DNA of 64,000 bases from Eledone cirrhosa (Eukaryota). Below, one piece after another: positions 1 to 11,954 of this stretch; the first letter of the stretch is position 1; every line of letters begins with the position of its first letter. Made by a program: the position numbers and the translations under genes. The DNA lies in contig OZ024741.1 of NCBI GenBank assembly GCA_964016885.1, positions 215,264,001-215,328,000 of the forward strand. Reading direction: 5' to 3'. Below the pieces are notes generated by a model that ran no database searches, was not told the origin of the DNA, and saw nothing but the letters and a program-made list of their open reading frames with translations.

Positions 1-567
1 ATATAAGGAGAAAAAGAAAAAAATGAAGAAAATAATGACATATGAGATTGAAATGGTGAAACATCAATTTGATATTTTCTTTATTGATCACAACCAGATA
101 ATGTGACAGTATATTTATCGATAACAAGCAGAGAATATGACAGTTTATTGGTGTTGAATAAAATAATTAGAACTGGGGTGTGGTGGAAATATAGAAGGAA
201 TAAAATAAAACCTAAGCAACTGATAGTGGAAGTAAGTAGGAGAGTATATTCCACAGATATTTGTGTAAATTTTAATATAACTCTCTAGCCGAATCAGATG
301 GTCACACATTAGAATCACAGATACAATCCATCTGGAGTATATATATATATATGTATATATATGTGTGTGTGTGTGTGTGTATGTGTTTGTGTGTGTATGT
401 GTGTGTTCAAATCGAACTTGGTCCCTTACGATTTGAACACATGTATGTTTATATCAGTGTTTATCTCTCTTTTATATTCAATTATATTACACGGCTTAGA
501 AAAAAACTTTCTTCGAGCTATTTAATTCTAAGAGACTATTTTGTGTTTCTAACTCAATATATAACTT

Positions 568-628
<61 letters not shown>

Positions 629-832
629 CCCCCCCCATATATATATATATCAATAATATTAATAAATGGAAACAATCTTTATAAAACCATACTTATTTTA
701 TTATATATATTTCAAGGGTACCAACATTTTGGTACGCTTGAAATATATATATTAAAATAAGTATGGTTTTATAAAGATTGTTTCCATTTATTAATATTAT
801 TGATATATATATATATGTGTGTGTGTGTGGGG

Positions 833-876
<44 letters not shown>

Positions 877-878
<2 letters not shown>

Positions 879-3570
879 AAAATGTTTAATCCCGACGGCA
901 GAGGTCAACCCGTTTCGACGGCTATTTCTGGACTAAATTTGAATTTTTAGCGTGGTAAATAAGTAGCCTAACTTTGCAAGGGGTAATTCCTTATATGGGA
1001 AGATTGTAGTTGTCAAAAGGATTTGTCAAAATTACTTGTAAACACAATTAAATCTTTCATGGCAGTCGGTGGGAGGTGGGGGTGGCTGAACTTGCTTGTA
1101 GAACAACGAGGGAGTGGGTGGAGCAGGTCAAGCGCTGAAAGTGAATTCTATACAGCAAATTCTAAGGAGTGTGTATGAAATTAGGCTAGTTAGGAAGCAG
1201 GCGAAAAAGGATTCTGGAGGAATCAGAGAGTGGGACGTTATAGAATAGGTTAATATATTGAGATTAAAAGATAATAAATAAATAAGAAGATTTTCCCGAT
1301 AGGTGTTGCCACTTCGGCATTGTGGGGTCGGTCGAACCACGTTGCGTGGCGTGAGGGGCGGCGTCGCCTGCTGGTTCCGCTAAGGGAAGCTGGATAAAAG
1401 GAAATTTCCTCCCGAAAGCCGCTTTGGACTTTGCCAAAACACTCACACCCATCACCTACCAGGAAAGAAACATCATTCTCCGCGTCAGGAAGACAGTCTT
1501 CCTTTTCGACAACTCCAAGTGTATAAAGAGAACCCCCCCCTTTGACGTCAGTATGGGTGCGACCGACTCGGCCGAGGTGACCGATCTTATAGGTTTATTC
1601 CTACTATATAAACTCACCGAAATGGTTCCTGCATTCGGCGGTGGTTTGTACCGAGACGCTGGGCTCCTTACCCTCAAAGGATAAAACTCCAGTCGTACAG
1701 ATCCGGTCCGTAAACAAGTAATCAACTTCTTCCGGGACTGGGGATTTAAAATCACCCTACAAACGTCCTTAACCCGAGTCAATTTCCTGGACGTTACACT
1801 CAACCTCAAAAATGATCTGTACTACCCATACAGGAAACCAAACGACAACCTGCACTACACCCACCGCCGCTCTAACCATCCTAGAAACATCACCAATAAT
1901 CTGGTTAAAAACATCTCCCTCCGCATATCTCGTTTGTCCGCTAATGAGTAGATATTCGATGAACATGCGCCTCATTACAACCAGGCCCTCAAGCGAAGCG
2001 GCTTTCGGGAGGAAATCTCCTTTTATCCAGCTTCTCTTAGCGGAACCAGCTGGCGACGCCGCCGCTCACGCCGCGTAACGTGGTTCCACTCTCCCCACAA
2101 TGCCAAGGTGGCAACACCTATCGGGAAAATATTCTTTAGCCTCCTCGAAAAACACTTCCCACCACAATACCGCTACCACAACATAATCAACAAAAACACT
2201 ATCAAACTCTCCTACAGCACCACACCCAACTTCGCACAAAATATTGCCTCCTCAAACAACAAGAAACTCAACCCCTATGGAATAAACAACTTAGACATTA
2301 GTGGAGAGCCGACATGGAGGTGTAACTGCTCTGATAGATCTACGTGCCCCCTCAACAACAGATGCCGAGAACGAAACGTGATCTACCAATGCAATGTGAG
2401 GACGGAAACCTCCAACAAAGTCTATATAGGATTAACCGTTTGTGACTTTAAGACCCCACTCTACCAACACCGAAATATGTTCCGAAACCCGGCCCGGTGA
2501 CATGCCACTACACTTTCGGGCTACATCTGGGACCTCCAAGATAACAACATAACATACAATCTTACTTGGAGATTGCTATCCAGGGCTAACTCCTACACGG
2601 GAGGACTCCGGCCGTGTAACTTATGGTCGGAGGAAACATTACAAATGCTGTTTACGAAGGACCAACTCCTAAACAAAAAGACGAACTTGTAAACACCGAT
2701 TGCGTAGGACTTACCTCGCCATCAAACCGCCTCATGACCCGCGTGAATAGACAATGGTTGCAACATCCTTCTTTTCCCCACTTGCCGAACAAAATAGGGA
2801 AACCCCAGCTAACATAGGTAGATGTACTCTTTTCTTTTCTTCTTCACTTTATCTCTTCCTATCACTTCCTTCCACTCCCTCTCCTCTTCCTTTTCCTTTT
2901 TCCTTTTTCGCTTATTCCAAGGCATCCCATCGGGCTTTTTTAGCCTCAGTACCCCCACCCCAGTAAATTTTATATAGCATTGGCCGAAAACGCAATACCA
3001 ACTAAATATAGCAGCTGCTTTAGACTCTAAATATTTTTTTTATTAATTTTTACTATTTAATTTTATTATTTTTATATTTTTTTAATTTATTTATTATCTT
3101 TTAATCTCAATATATTAACCTATTCTATAACGTCCCACTCTCTGATTCCTCCATAATCCTTTTTCGCCTACTTCCTAACTAGCCTAATTTCATACACACT
3201 TCTTAGAATTTGCTGTATAGAATTCACTTTCAACGTTTGACCGGCTCAACCCACTCCCTCATTGTTCTACAGGCAAGTTCAGCCACCCCCACCTTCTACC
3301 CACTGCCATGAAAGATTTAATTGTGTTTACAAGAAATTTTGACCAATCCTTTTGACAACTACAATCTTCCCATATAAAGAATTACCCCTTGCAAAATTCG
3401 GGTATTTATTTACCACGCGAAAAATTTAAATTTAGTCCAGAAATAGCCGTCGAAACGGCTTGAGCACTGCCGTCGGGGTTAAACATTTTCCTATTACCCA
3501 CTCTACTACCCTAAGTATTGAGTACTCTGGTGTGTTATGGTCCATCTGGTTCCTTACCACACCTCCTTCG

Positions 3571-3572
<2 letters not shown>
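877..3572 (+). mobile_element. Decayed 5'-truncated Penelope-like (Naiad-type) retroelement with inverted 5' segment
   Basis: RT/GIY-YIG remnant ~1420-2750. 877-1288 is the reverse complement of ~3090-3492 (pLTR) and ~1289-1423 is the reverse complement of ~1995-2130. (TA)n on both sides. Confidence 0.88.
1424..2750 (+). pseudogene. Penelope-like RT + GIY-YIG endonuclease remnant
   Basis: FDVSMGATDSAEVTDLIGLFLL, GGLYRDAGL (YRDD mutated), VNFLDVTLNL, CNCSDRSTCPLNNRC, NVIYQC...VYIGLT; interrupted by in-frame stops. Confidence 0.9.
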
Positions 3573-3620
<48 letters not shown>

Positions 3621-3643
3621 AATATCTTTGTCCAAGTGAGTTT

Positions 3644-3724
3644 GTTTCCTGATGAGTTCGAAGCTCGAGAATTTATCCTTGATAGGATATTTCCGAAAGC
3701 GAACGAAACCCTAAGGGTAGAAAC
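3644..3724 (+). ncRNA. Type I hammerhead ribozyme with extended stem II
   Basis: GTTTC-CTGATGA-GTTCG...CGAAC-GAA-ACCC(TAA)GGGT-A^GAAAC; stem I GTTTC/GAAAC; GUA cleavage triplet. Confidence 0.8.
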
Positions 3725-3992
3725 GTAATCCTGGTATGTGTATATGCATTTTTCTTCTAACTTTAATTTTATACCTAATTGTGTATGGTTGACGGGATAA
3801 TGTTGGGTAAATATTCTATAGCGGTTGATCGCGAATAAATTGCTGTCGTATATTTATCTACTATTTCTTCATATGTGCTTTTTAATCTTATAGCCTGGTT
3901 TAAATTTTTTTTCGTGTGTGGTTGATTATGCTATTTGGGAGAGGAAATGGTGTATATATATTATCAAATGATTCTATGGACATACTTTATAG

Positions 3993-4023
<31 letters not shown>

Positions 4024-4202
4024 GTATTTTATTATGCGTATTTCAAAAACAAATTTGTTTTTGAAATGCGCATAATAAAATCCATGGAACTTTTTAAAAC
4101 ATCTTTTAATTTCTTCTTATATATACTCCAGTCCAATAAACTGTTGAGTGCTACTTATCCGAATTTGCATTGTTTTATTGTGCTACAATAAAACTCACCT
4201 CC

Positions 4203-4291
<89 letters not shown>

Positions 4292-4295
<4 letters not shown>

Positions 4296-4470
4296 CGAAG
4301 GAAATGTGGTAAGGAACCAGGTGGACCATAATGCACCAAAGTACTCAATACTTGAGGTAGTAGAGTGGGTAATAGGAACCAGTAAGACCCCGACAGCTGA
4401 GCTCAAGCCGTTTCGACGGCTAATTAGCCGTCGAAACGGCTTGAGCTCAGCTGTCGGGGTCTTACTGGTT

Positions 4471-4510
<40 letters not shown>

Positions 4511-4702
4511 CAAAAGAATCAGGATCAGGACGCCTGAGATCCGGTCGTTTCGACAGCTAGATCCGTTAGGATCTAGCTATCGAAACTGCCGGAGTCCAGC
4601 TGTTGGGGTCCTGACTCTTTTCCTATTACCCATTCTACTAACCGAAGTATTAAGTACTCCGGTGCGTTATGGTCCACCTGGTTTCTTACCACATCGCCCT
4701 TG

Positions 4703-4703
<1 letters not shown>
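4292..4703. mobile_element. Two head-to-head foldback remnants of Penelope pLTR termini
   Basis: Similar to 3445-3572 (gtggtaaggaaccag.tggaccataa.gcacc..agtactc); inverted pairs centred near 4421 and 4566; embedded in (TA)n. Confidence 0.75.
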
Positions 4704-4748
<45 letters not shown>

Positions 4749-5328
4749 GTCTTGAAACGTTAATTAAATCCAAAATTTGCAGAATTAGTGTTCGAAAGTC
4801 CGGCTGGAAATTTGAGGACGTCTACATTTGAAATACTATTAGTTCATCATGACAAATACTCGCAGGGTAACAATATTGACAAGGATATGCGTGCCGACCA
4901 CACGAGAATGACGTTTTTATATTTTGTCTGCGATATATCACGTAATTCTATTTTTTTATCTGAAGATACCGTTCCCATACCAACAACAAATGCATACGTT
5001 ACATCGTGGATTGCATAAGGGAACCATTAAAATAATTATAATGAATAGACTATTTATGTAATATCAGCATCTTTTTAAAGGTTATTCTTATAATGAATCT
5101 CCATCGTAACTACGAATGTAGACAGCTTTCTCCTGCTTGCTCCTAGTTTTTGGCAAAACAACGTTTTCTGAACAAACACACACACACACATATATATATG
5201 TACGTATGGATTCACCGAACATACGTACATATATATATGTGTGCATGTATGTATATATATATACATACTACTGTACGTCTGTATATATATATATATATGT
5301 ATGTAGATATATATATATATATGTATGT

Positions 5329-5451
<123 letters not shown>

Positions 5452-5639
5452 AATATATAATATACATACACACATATATATATATATATATATACAAAAT
5501 GTTGTAACTCTGCTCTGTAATACATCTGATAAATTACATTGAGCTATTTCTCTTACTGGCAATCGAGTAGCGCAGCACACTACCCTTTCATATTTATAAT
5601 TGTATATAACTCATATATAAGTATAAATAATATTATTAG

Positions 5640-5721
<82 letters not shown>

Positions 5722-5724
<3 letters not shown>

Positions 5725-6291
5725 TAGTTGACGTACCCAACTCCGCCCCGATAAACAGATGATAAGAAAATGTAGGTAGAAAAAAAACGACGGTATTTAA
5801 ATCGTTGTCTGGTTGACAGTGTGAGGCCAGACCGTGGTGTGTGTGTGTGTGACAAAAAACCCCCCACTAAATCTTCCAGATACACTGGTTTCTTCGTTTA
5901 ACGGTTCGTGTATAGTATATGAAGATTTCTAGGTGTTCCCACTCGTTAAAAAACATACATTTAACTGACCATTGCGTTTTTAACGATGGTCATATTCGAT
6001 CCTAACAACTTTCAGACTATGATTCTGATATCTATATATGACCATAGTAAAACAAATTCTGACAGAGAACTGAAATCTTGAGAATTTGATTGGCAGCTGG
6101 GTAGAGAAACGGATGTTAGCAATATTGGGAATAAATGGATTTTCTCCTTATTGATTGCCCCCAATAATTTTGACCTCTTGGAAATAGTTTATCGTCCGCC
6201 AGGCACTAAAGTGTGTGTCATTGCTTAGACGTGCCTGGTCCACGTTTCCCAAAAGGATGGTGGAAGTTACAATCTTTTATATTATATATAG
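5722..6291 (+). mobile_element. Possible non-autonomous Helentron/HINE-like element
   Basis: Starts (a)tgctag...tacccaactccgccccg, ends cttttatattatatatag, internal (GT)n; layout resembles 47799-48360. Confidence 0.35.
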
Positions 6292-6456
6292 CTATAGATA
6301 TAGATAATTATATATAGATATAAATATAGCTATAGATATAAGTATAGATATAGATAATTATATATAGATATTGATATAGGTATATATAGATATAGATATA
6401 TAGATATAGATAATTATATATAGATATAGATAATTAAATATAGATATAGATATATA

Positions 6457-6649
6457 ATAATTGTTTCTACTTTTGGCACAAGGCCAGCAATTATCCCAGT
6501 GCATTACTGGTACTTTATTTTATCGACCCCGTAAGGATGAAAGGCAAAGTTAACCTCGTCGGGATTTGAACTCAGATCGTAAAGGCCCGTAACTCCATGC
6601 TGCACAGCATGGCGTCCAACTCTCTACCGATACTGCCAATCCACCGCCC
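6457..6649 (-). mobile_element. tRNA-derived SINE, full length
   Basis: On the minus strand: A box TGGCAGTATCGG, B box GAGTTCAAATCC, body gcctttcatccttacggggtcgataaaataaagtacc; at least 8 copies in the window. Confidence 0.85.
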
Positions 6650-6659
6650 GATATATAAC

Positions 6660-6811
6660 AATAAATGTAAAGACTGAAATCCAAAGAGGGCTCGATAAGG
6701 ATAAATATATATCAAATATATAAAAACCCTAGAGCAAATATTTATTAACATAACAGATTAAATTTTCAGCAAAGAATCGCTGCTTTCACCCTTAACGGGA
6801 TCTTCTGAAAA
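6660..6811 (-). repeat. Interspersed repeat (likely Penelope pLTR end) with hammerhead-like motif
   Basis: Same sequence family at ~36130-36188, ~39140-39420 and ~48360-48722. Confidence 0.6.
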
Positions 6812-7106
6812 TATATATATATATAGATTGGTCGGTGTGTGTGTGTGTTTGTATATATTGCTTTTGTTTTCATTCAGCATCATGTCATTCCTCATTGCAT
6901 TTCTCTACTATTATCTTCCATCAAAATAAAGCCCGATATAGGTAATTATATATAGATATTTATATATAAATGTATGTGTGTGCGTGTGCATGTATGAGTG
7001 AGTGTGTGTATGCGTGTGTGTATAAACCAGCGTTCGAATTGAAGACGCTGGCCACGAAACACGATCATCACTGACAACGAAGGGTCAGAGAGAATACCTT
7101 ATGTTT

Positions 7107-7420
7107 GCCTGTCAACCTGCTAGAAATAGCAGTCAGGTTAGCACGCCCGGGATATTTTTCTTCTTTGTTATAAAATTGGTATACAATTGGTATAAATAAA
7201 ATTAGTATAAATAGACCTTCGTGGATATACCCTTATTCCATTGCTGTACTTACTTGTTGATTGTCAGGTTTCGTTTTGTATAGCAAGGGAATAAGGGTAT
7301 ATCCACGAAGGTCTATTTATACTAATTTTATTTATACCAATTGTATACCAATTTTATAACAAAGAAGAAAAATATCCCGGGTGTGCTAACCTGACTGCTA
7401 TTTCTAGCAGGTTGACAGAC
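7107..7420. repeat. ~300 bp near-perfect palindrome (foldback)
   Basis: Arms ~7107-7245 and ~7282-7420 are reverse complements with few mismatches; ~36 bp spacer. Confidence 0.85.
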
Positions 7421-7421
7421 A

Positions 7422-7740
7422 AGGAAAAAAGATGAGATCGAAAATGCAACTGGAGTCTTATTTAAAAAAATATATATATATTTATTTGGTTCCTTTACCG
7501 GTTTCGCAGTTCTTTTGCTTTTCAAAAGTAGAGTTGAGATGGAGGGTCTGTGGTTTTTCTCACATCTGTGAGAAAAACCACAGACACCCCATCTCAACTC
7601 TACTTTTGAAAAGCAGAAGAACTGCGAAACCGGTAAAGGAACCAAATAAATATAAATATTTTTTAAAAAATAAGTCTCCAGTTGCATTTTCGATTTCATC
7701 TTTTTTCCTTATACGCTCACTCGTGTAGGACACCTCGCTT
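7422..7740. mobile_element. Head-to-head inverted pair of a pLTR-like repeat carrying U3-A8 hammerhead motifs
   Basis: ~7422-7563 is the reverse complement of ~7568-7710; same family at ~11960-12137. Confidence 0.75.
7603..7638 (+). ncRNA. Minimal type I hammerhead, U3-A8 core variant
   Basis: CTT-TTGAAAA-GCAG(AAGAA)CTGC-GAA-ACCGGT-A^AAG; palindromic stem III; stem I only 3 bp; minus-strand copies at 7493-7528 and 12061-12096. Confidence 0.55.
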
Positions 7741-7767
7741 ATTTTTCATTTTGTAAAAAAACGTCAC

Positions 7768-7885
<118 letters not shown>

Positions 7886-8309
7886 ACAAGGAGAAAAAAA
7901 CGGTTATTAGGAAGAAAAATTTTTTTTTTCCATTTTTCTTTCTTTCTCTCTTTTTACTGGGTTAGAAAATGATTAAAAGGAAATATTTCACTTTGTGTGA
8001 AGTGTTAAGGTATTAGTTGATTTATTTATTAATTAACAATGGCATTTATTTATTTATTTATATATTTAATTGTCTGTTACCGGTTTCAGCATTTTTATAC
8101 ATTATCAAATGATAATATTTTGTATTGGTGTAGAATGGTGGTGTTGGACATTTTAAAGAAATGGTGCAGAAAGAGTAATGTTATTTACAAACAAGGTTTA
8201 TGAAGCGAAAAGAAAAAAAAAAAAAAGAAAAAAGAAAAAAGAAAGAAAAAAAAAAGGGGCGTAATGTGGAGCATAATAAGTCAATGTGAAAGAAAAATCC
8301 AGAAGAACA

Positions 8310-8360
<51 letters not shown>

Positions 8361-8363
<3 letters not shown>

Positions 8364-10039
8364 CTTCTGGTACTATAATTTCCCCATTTTTTCCCAATAG
8401 AGAGAGAGTCGGTTTCTAGCATAATTACAAGACTCTCTCATTGGAATTCACACATCAACTAGTTAGATGTGTATGCATGCATGTGTAGGTATGGATGTTA
8501 TTGTATGTGCTGATGTGTATCTTTTGAGTTATATGTGTGCATGTGTATATGCTTTGCATCTGTACATGTGTATATGCAGTTATTAGATGCAACATTTTTG
8601 GAATGTTTTATTAATATTTACTGTTCCATTAATGGATTGTACTTGTAATTTCCTAACTAGGTGTGTTCTTTCTGTTCCTGTGAAGCCTAGCGTCTCAAGA
8701 TTTGTATTGAGGCAGTTACTAACAATCACAGGCATAAATTTGAAAGTGTAATCAGGGTGGAGTATCTGAGATTTCTCATCAGTTCTCCACAAATATACTC
8801 CTTTTCGCTAATCTTTGATATTATATTGGCATCTGCTGGGCAGCTAATTTCCACTACTGTGCATGCTTTCTTCTCCTGGTCTGTTATGCCTGCATTTTAT
8901 TGGGGTTTTTACTGGAACATTCCACCAGTACTCTTTCATATTATCTACATGGATGTCTTCCACATTGCTGTAGCTTTAATGTGTTTATTATCTGGGCTAT
9001 CTTTTTTACAGATTGCATTGTACAGTGTTTTGGCCACTACATCATGCCTCATGGGTAGATAGTACCATGATGACATCTTTGGACAGCTGCTGATGACATG
9101 GGTGATATCTTTGATGTTATTTCTGCAGAATCTGCACTTGTTATCACATCTAGGTGTTTTGCCTGCATCCCTATCTATTTTGTGAATCAGGTATTTCGTG
9201 TTAATTTCATGTTCTTGGATTGCAAAAGCGTATCCGTCAAAGTGGGAGCCAATATAGCGGTTGTTCGTCCAAGATAGACTACTTTCCTTATCTATATTAC
9301 TCTCACTCTGGAGCTTCCTGGCAACATATGATTATTATCATTATCGATAGTATTTTCCACAATAGTTGACTTGAGGTATACTCGGATGGTACACGTGGTG
9401 TCAAATTTCTTCGATTATTATTATTATTTCTTCCATTATTATTATTATTGATAGTGTTTTCTCCAGCATTCGAGGTAGACTTAGATGGTACACGTGGTGT
9501 CAAGTTTCTTACAGGCATAGTTGTTTCAAGGCATTGTTCGACCTAGCTGCTAGGAAGTCTAGTAGCATGGCGACCTGTAGCACGTGTTGTCAATCCTATG
9601 TTTGTTGTGGTGGACTTACAATTAATAATATTTATCATATTTTTACGCTCAACGAAGGTCTCTTGATGGCGTAATTGTTTCGCTGTGAAATAATTTAGCT
9701 CTGGGTGCATTTCGTCCCAGTGTAGCTTCATTCTGTTCATATAGCCAATGGAGGGATTGTTTTTTGCCATTTTATAACAATTAAATAAATCATTATTAAG
9801 TTCGCAACTCCAAGAGAAATGCGATTTATAATTTCGGTTTCTTCTGTAGCTACAACTGAAGAAAGTATGTTTATCTTCGATACTTACTTAATATTGTTGT
9901 TGATCTTGTGTTCAGCCATGCTGCTTGTAGCAAATCCTTGTAAAATGAATTATGTATTTAATCTGATATCTCTACGAATTAGAATAAAGTGTGTCTTCAG
10001 AAGATATAGTTAAAAGAATAACCAGTTCTTCAACATGAC
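8361..10039 (-). mobile_element. Internally deleted R4/Dong-type non-LTR retrotransposon (5' end joined to 3' end)
   Basis: 8361-9328 matches 51150-51980 (CRFC..HVISSC zinc motif, RLE region, 3' UTR). 9330-10039 encodes an N-terminal-like peptide (MAKNNPSIGYMNRMKLHWDEMHPELNYFTAKQLRHQ). RT absent. Confidence 0.7.
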
Positions 10040-10757
10040 GTATGTATGTATGTATGTATGTATGTATGTATGTATGTATGTATGTATGTATGTATGTATG
10101 TATGTATGTATGTATGTATGTATGTATGTATATATATGTAGCTATGTATGTATGTATGTATGTATGTATATATATATATATATACAGCGAGAGAGAGAAT
10201 TAATAGACAAAAATTAAAATAATTGAATAAATAAAAGTATAAATAAAACACACATACATACACACAAACAAACATACATACATACATACATACATACATA
10301 CAAACATATATACACATACATTCACATACATACATACATTCATACATACATACATACATACATACATACATACATACATACATACATACATACATACATA
10401 CATAGAATATTGTATTTGTGATTATATTTACATGGGATTGTGCATAAAAATAACATCTAGTATTAAAAGTAACGTCTTGTTGACTGACATAAATTTAATG
10501 GCTGAGTTAAAACGTTTAATGTAAGTGCAAAGGGAGATAAAAAATAAACAAATGTTCATTTGACTTCATCTTGCCTGTGTTAGTGTTTTCATTATCTTTT
10601 TAATGGTCTTAAAATATCTTTAAAATTATCTTTAATGTTATGTGAATATGTAGTGTTTAATGATTATGGCTGGAGAAGCTGTATGATAACAGAATTTAAA
10701 AATTATAAAGCTATTCTTTCTAAACTTTTGAGTGCAAGTTTATATATGGTGCGTTTG

Positions 10758-10847
<90 letters not shown>

Positions 10848-10991
10848 TGTACAGGACAATGAAAATTAGACACAAGTTAGACGTAGGTAGTTAGATATTT
10901 CACACTACCTAATCTCATTGCAACCATCTTTCCAAGAACACATTGAGTTCTAACAACGGTATCAGCCCCAAACAGAACCGGATGCAATACA

Positions 10992-11054
<63 letters not shown>

Positions 11055-11112
11055 TATATTATATATTATATTATATATTATATTATATTATATTATAATA
11101 CATTATACTATA

Positions 11113-11545
11113 TTAAGAGAAGGATCGGAGGCCATACTCAGTTAGATCAGGTTTATTTAAAACTTCGTTTCGTTATACATATTTTACTGACGACTATCAG
11201 TTAAGATAGACTGAGCTCTTCAGACGGCCAAACCTAAAATAAACTTTGGAAGATCCTAATAAACCTTTAAATTTGGAAAAATCCAAATATATTAGGGTCC
11301 GCCCGTCAAAGAAACAACACCACACGTTCGACCTTCCCCTGTATCATGAAAAGAAAATCTTCTTCGGGGAAATTATTGGATTTTTCCAAATCTAAAGGTT
11401 TTTTTAGGATCTTTCAATGTTTATTTTAAGTTTCGCCGTCTGAAGAGCTCAGACTATCTAAACTGAAAGTCGTCAGTGAAATATGTATAACGGAGTCTTA
11501 AATAAACCTGCATCAACTGAATATGGCCTCCGATTTTTTATTAAT
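11113..11545. repeat. Degenerate foldback with ~190 bp arms
   Basis: ~11124-11295 is the reverse complement of ~11375-11535. Confidence 0.75.
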
Positions 11546-11548
11546 ATA

Positions 11549-11900
11549 TAATTGTTTCTTCTTTAGGCACAAGGCCAGCAACTACCCAGTACATTACTGG
11601 TACTTTATTTTATCGACCCCGTAAGGATGAAAGGCAAAGTTAACCTCGGCGGGATTTGAACTCAGACTGTGAAACTTCAGATGATCAATCGCGAAAAGCG
11701 CGTCACACCTCAATAAATGTAATGTAGATCTAACACCGATGAATTGGCAGTACCGGTAGAGACCGGATTTCAGGCTTTCTAGCATAGAGTTACGCCCTTT
11801 TACGGTCTGAGTTCAAATCCTGCCGAGGTTAACTTTGCCTTTCATCCTTATGGGGTCAATAAAATAAAGTACCAGTCACGCACTGGTGTCGATTTCATCG
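11549..11900. mobile_element. Two tRNA-SINE copies in opposite orientation
   Basis: Minus-strand partial copy ~11549-11666; plus-strand copy ~11743-11900 with A and B boxes. Confidence 0.8.
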
Positions 11901-11954
11901 ACCTCCCTCCCCAAAATATATGAGAAAGTGAGTTTTTTTTTACAAAATAAAAAA

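Noticed and set aside
2498-2500. In-frame TGA in a Naiad ORF as possible selenocysteine (some Naiads are reported selenoproteins)
   Set aside because: Not at a conserved Cys position, fits CGA>TGA decay, the copy also has TAA/TAG stops, and the intact ORF has no internal TGA
9960-10008. Hammerhead-like string near the Dong 5' end (CTGAAGAC...GAGATATC on the minus strand)
   Set aside because: GAAA is mutated and stems II and III are too weak
11434-11482. ctgaagagctcag...ctgaaagtcgtc as a hammerhead
   Set aside because: No consistent register for stems I and III in either arm
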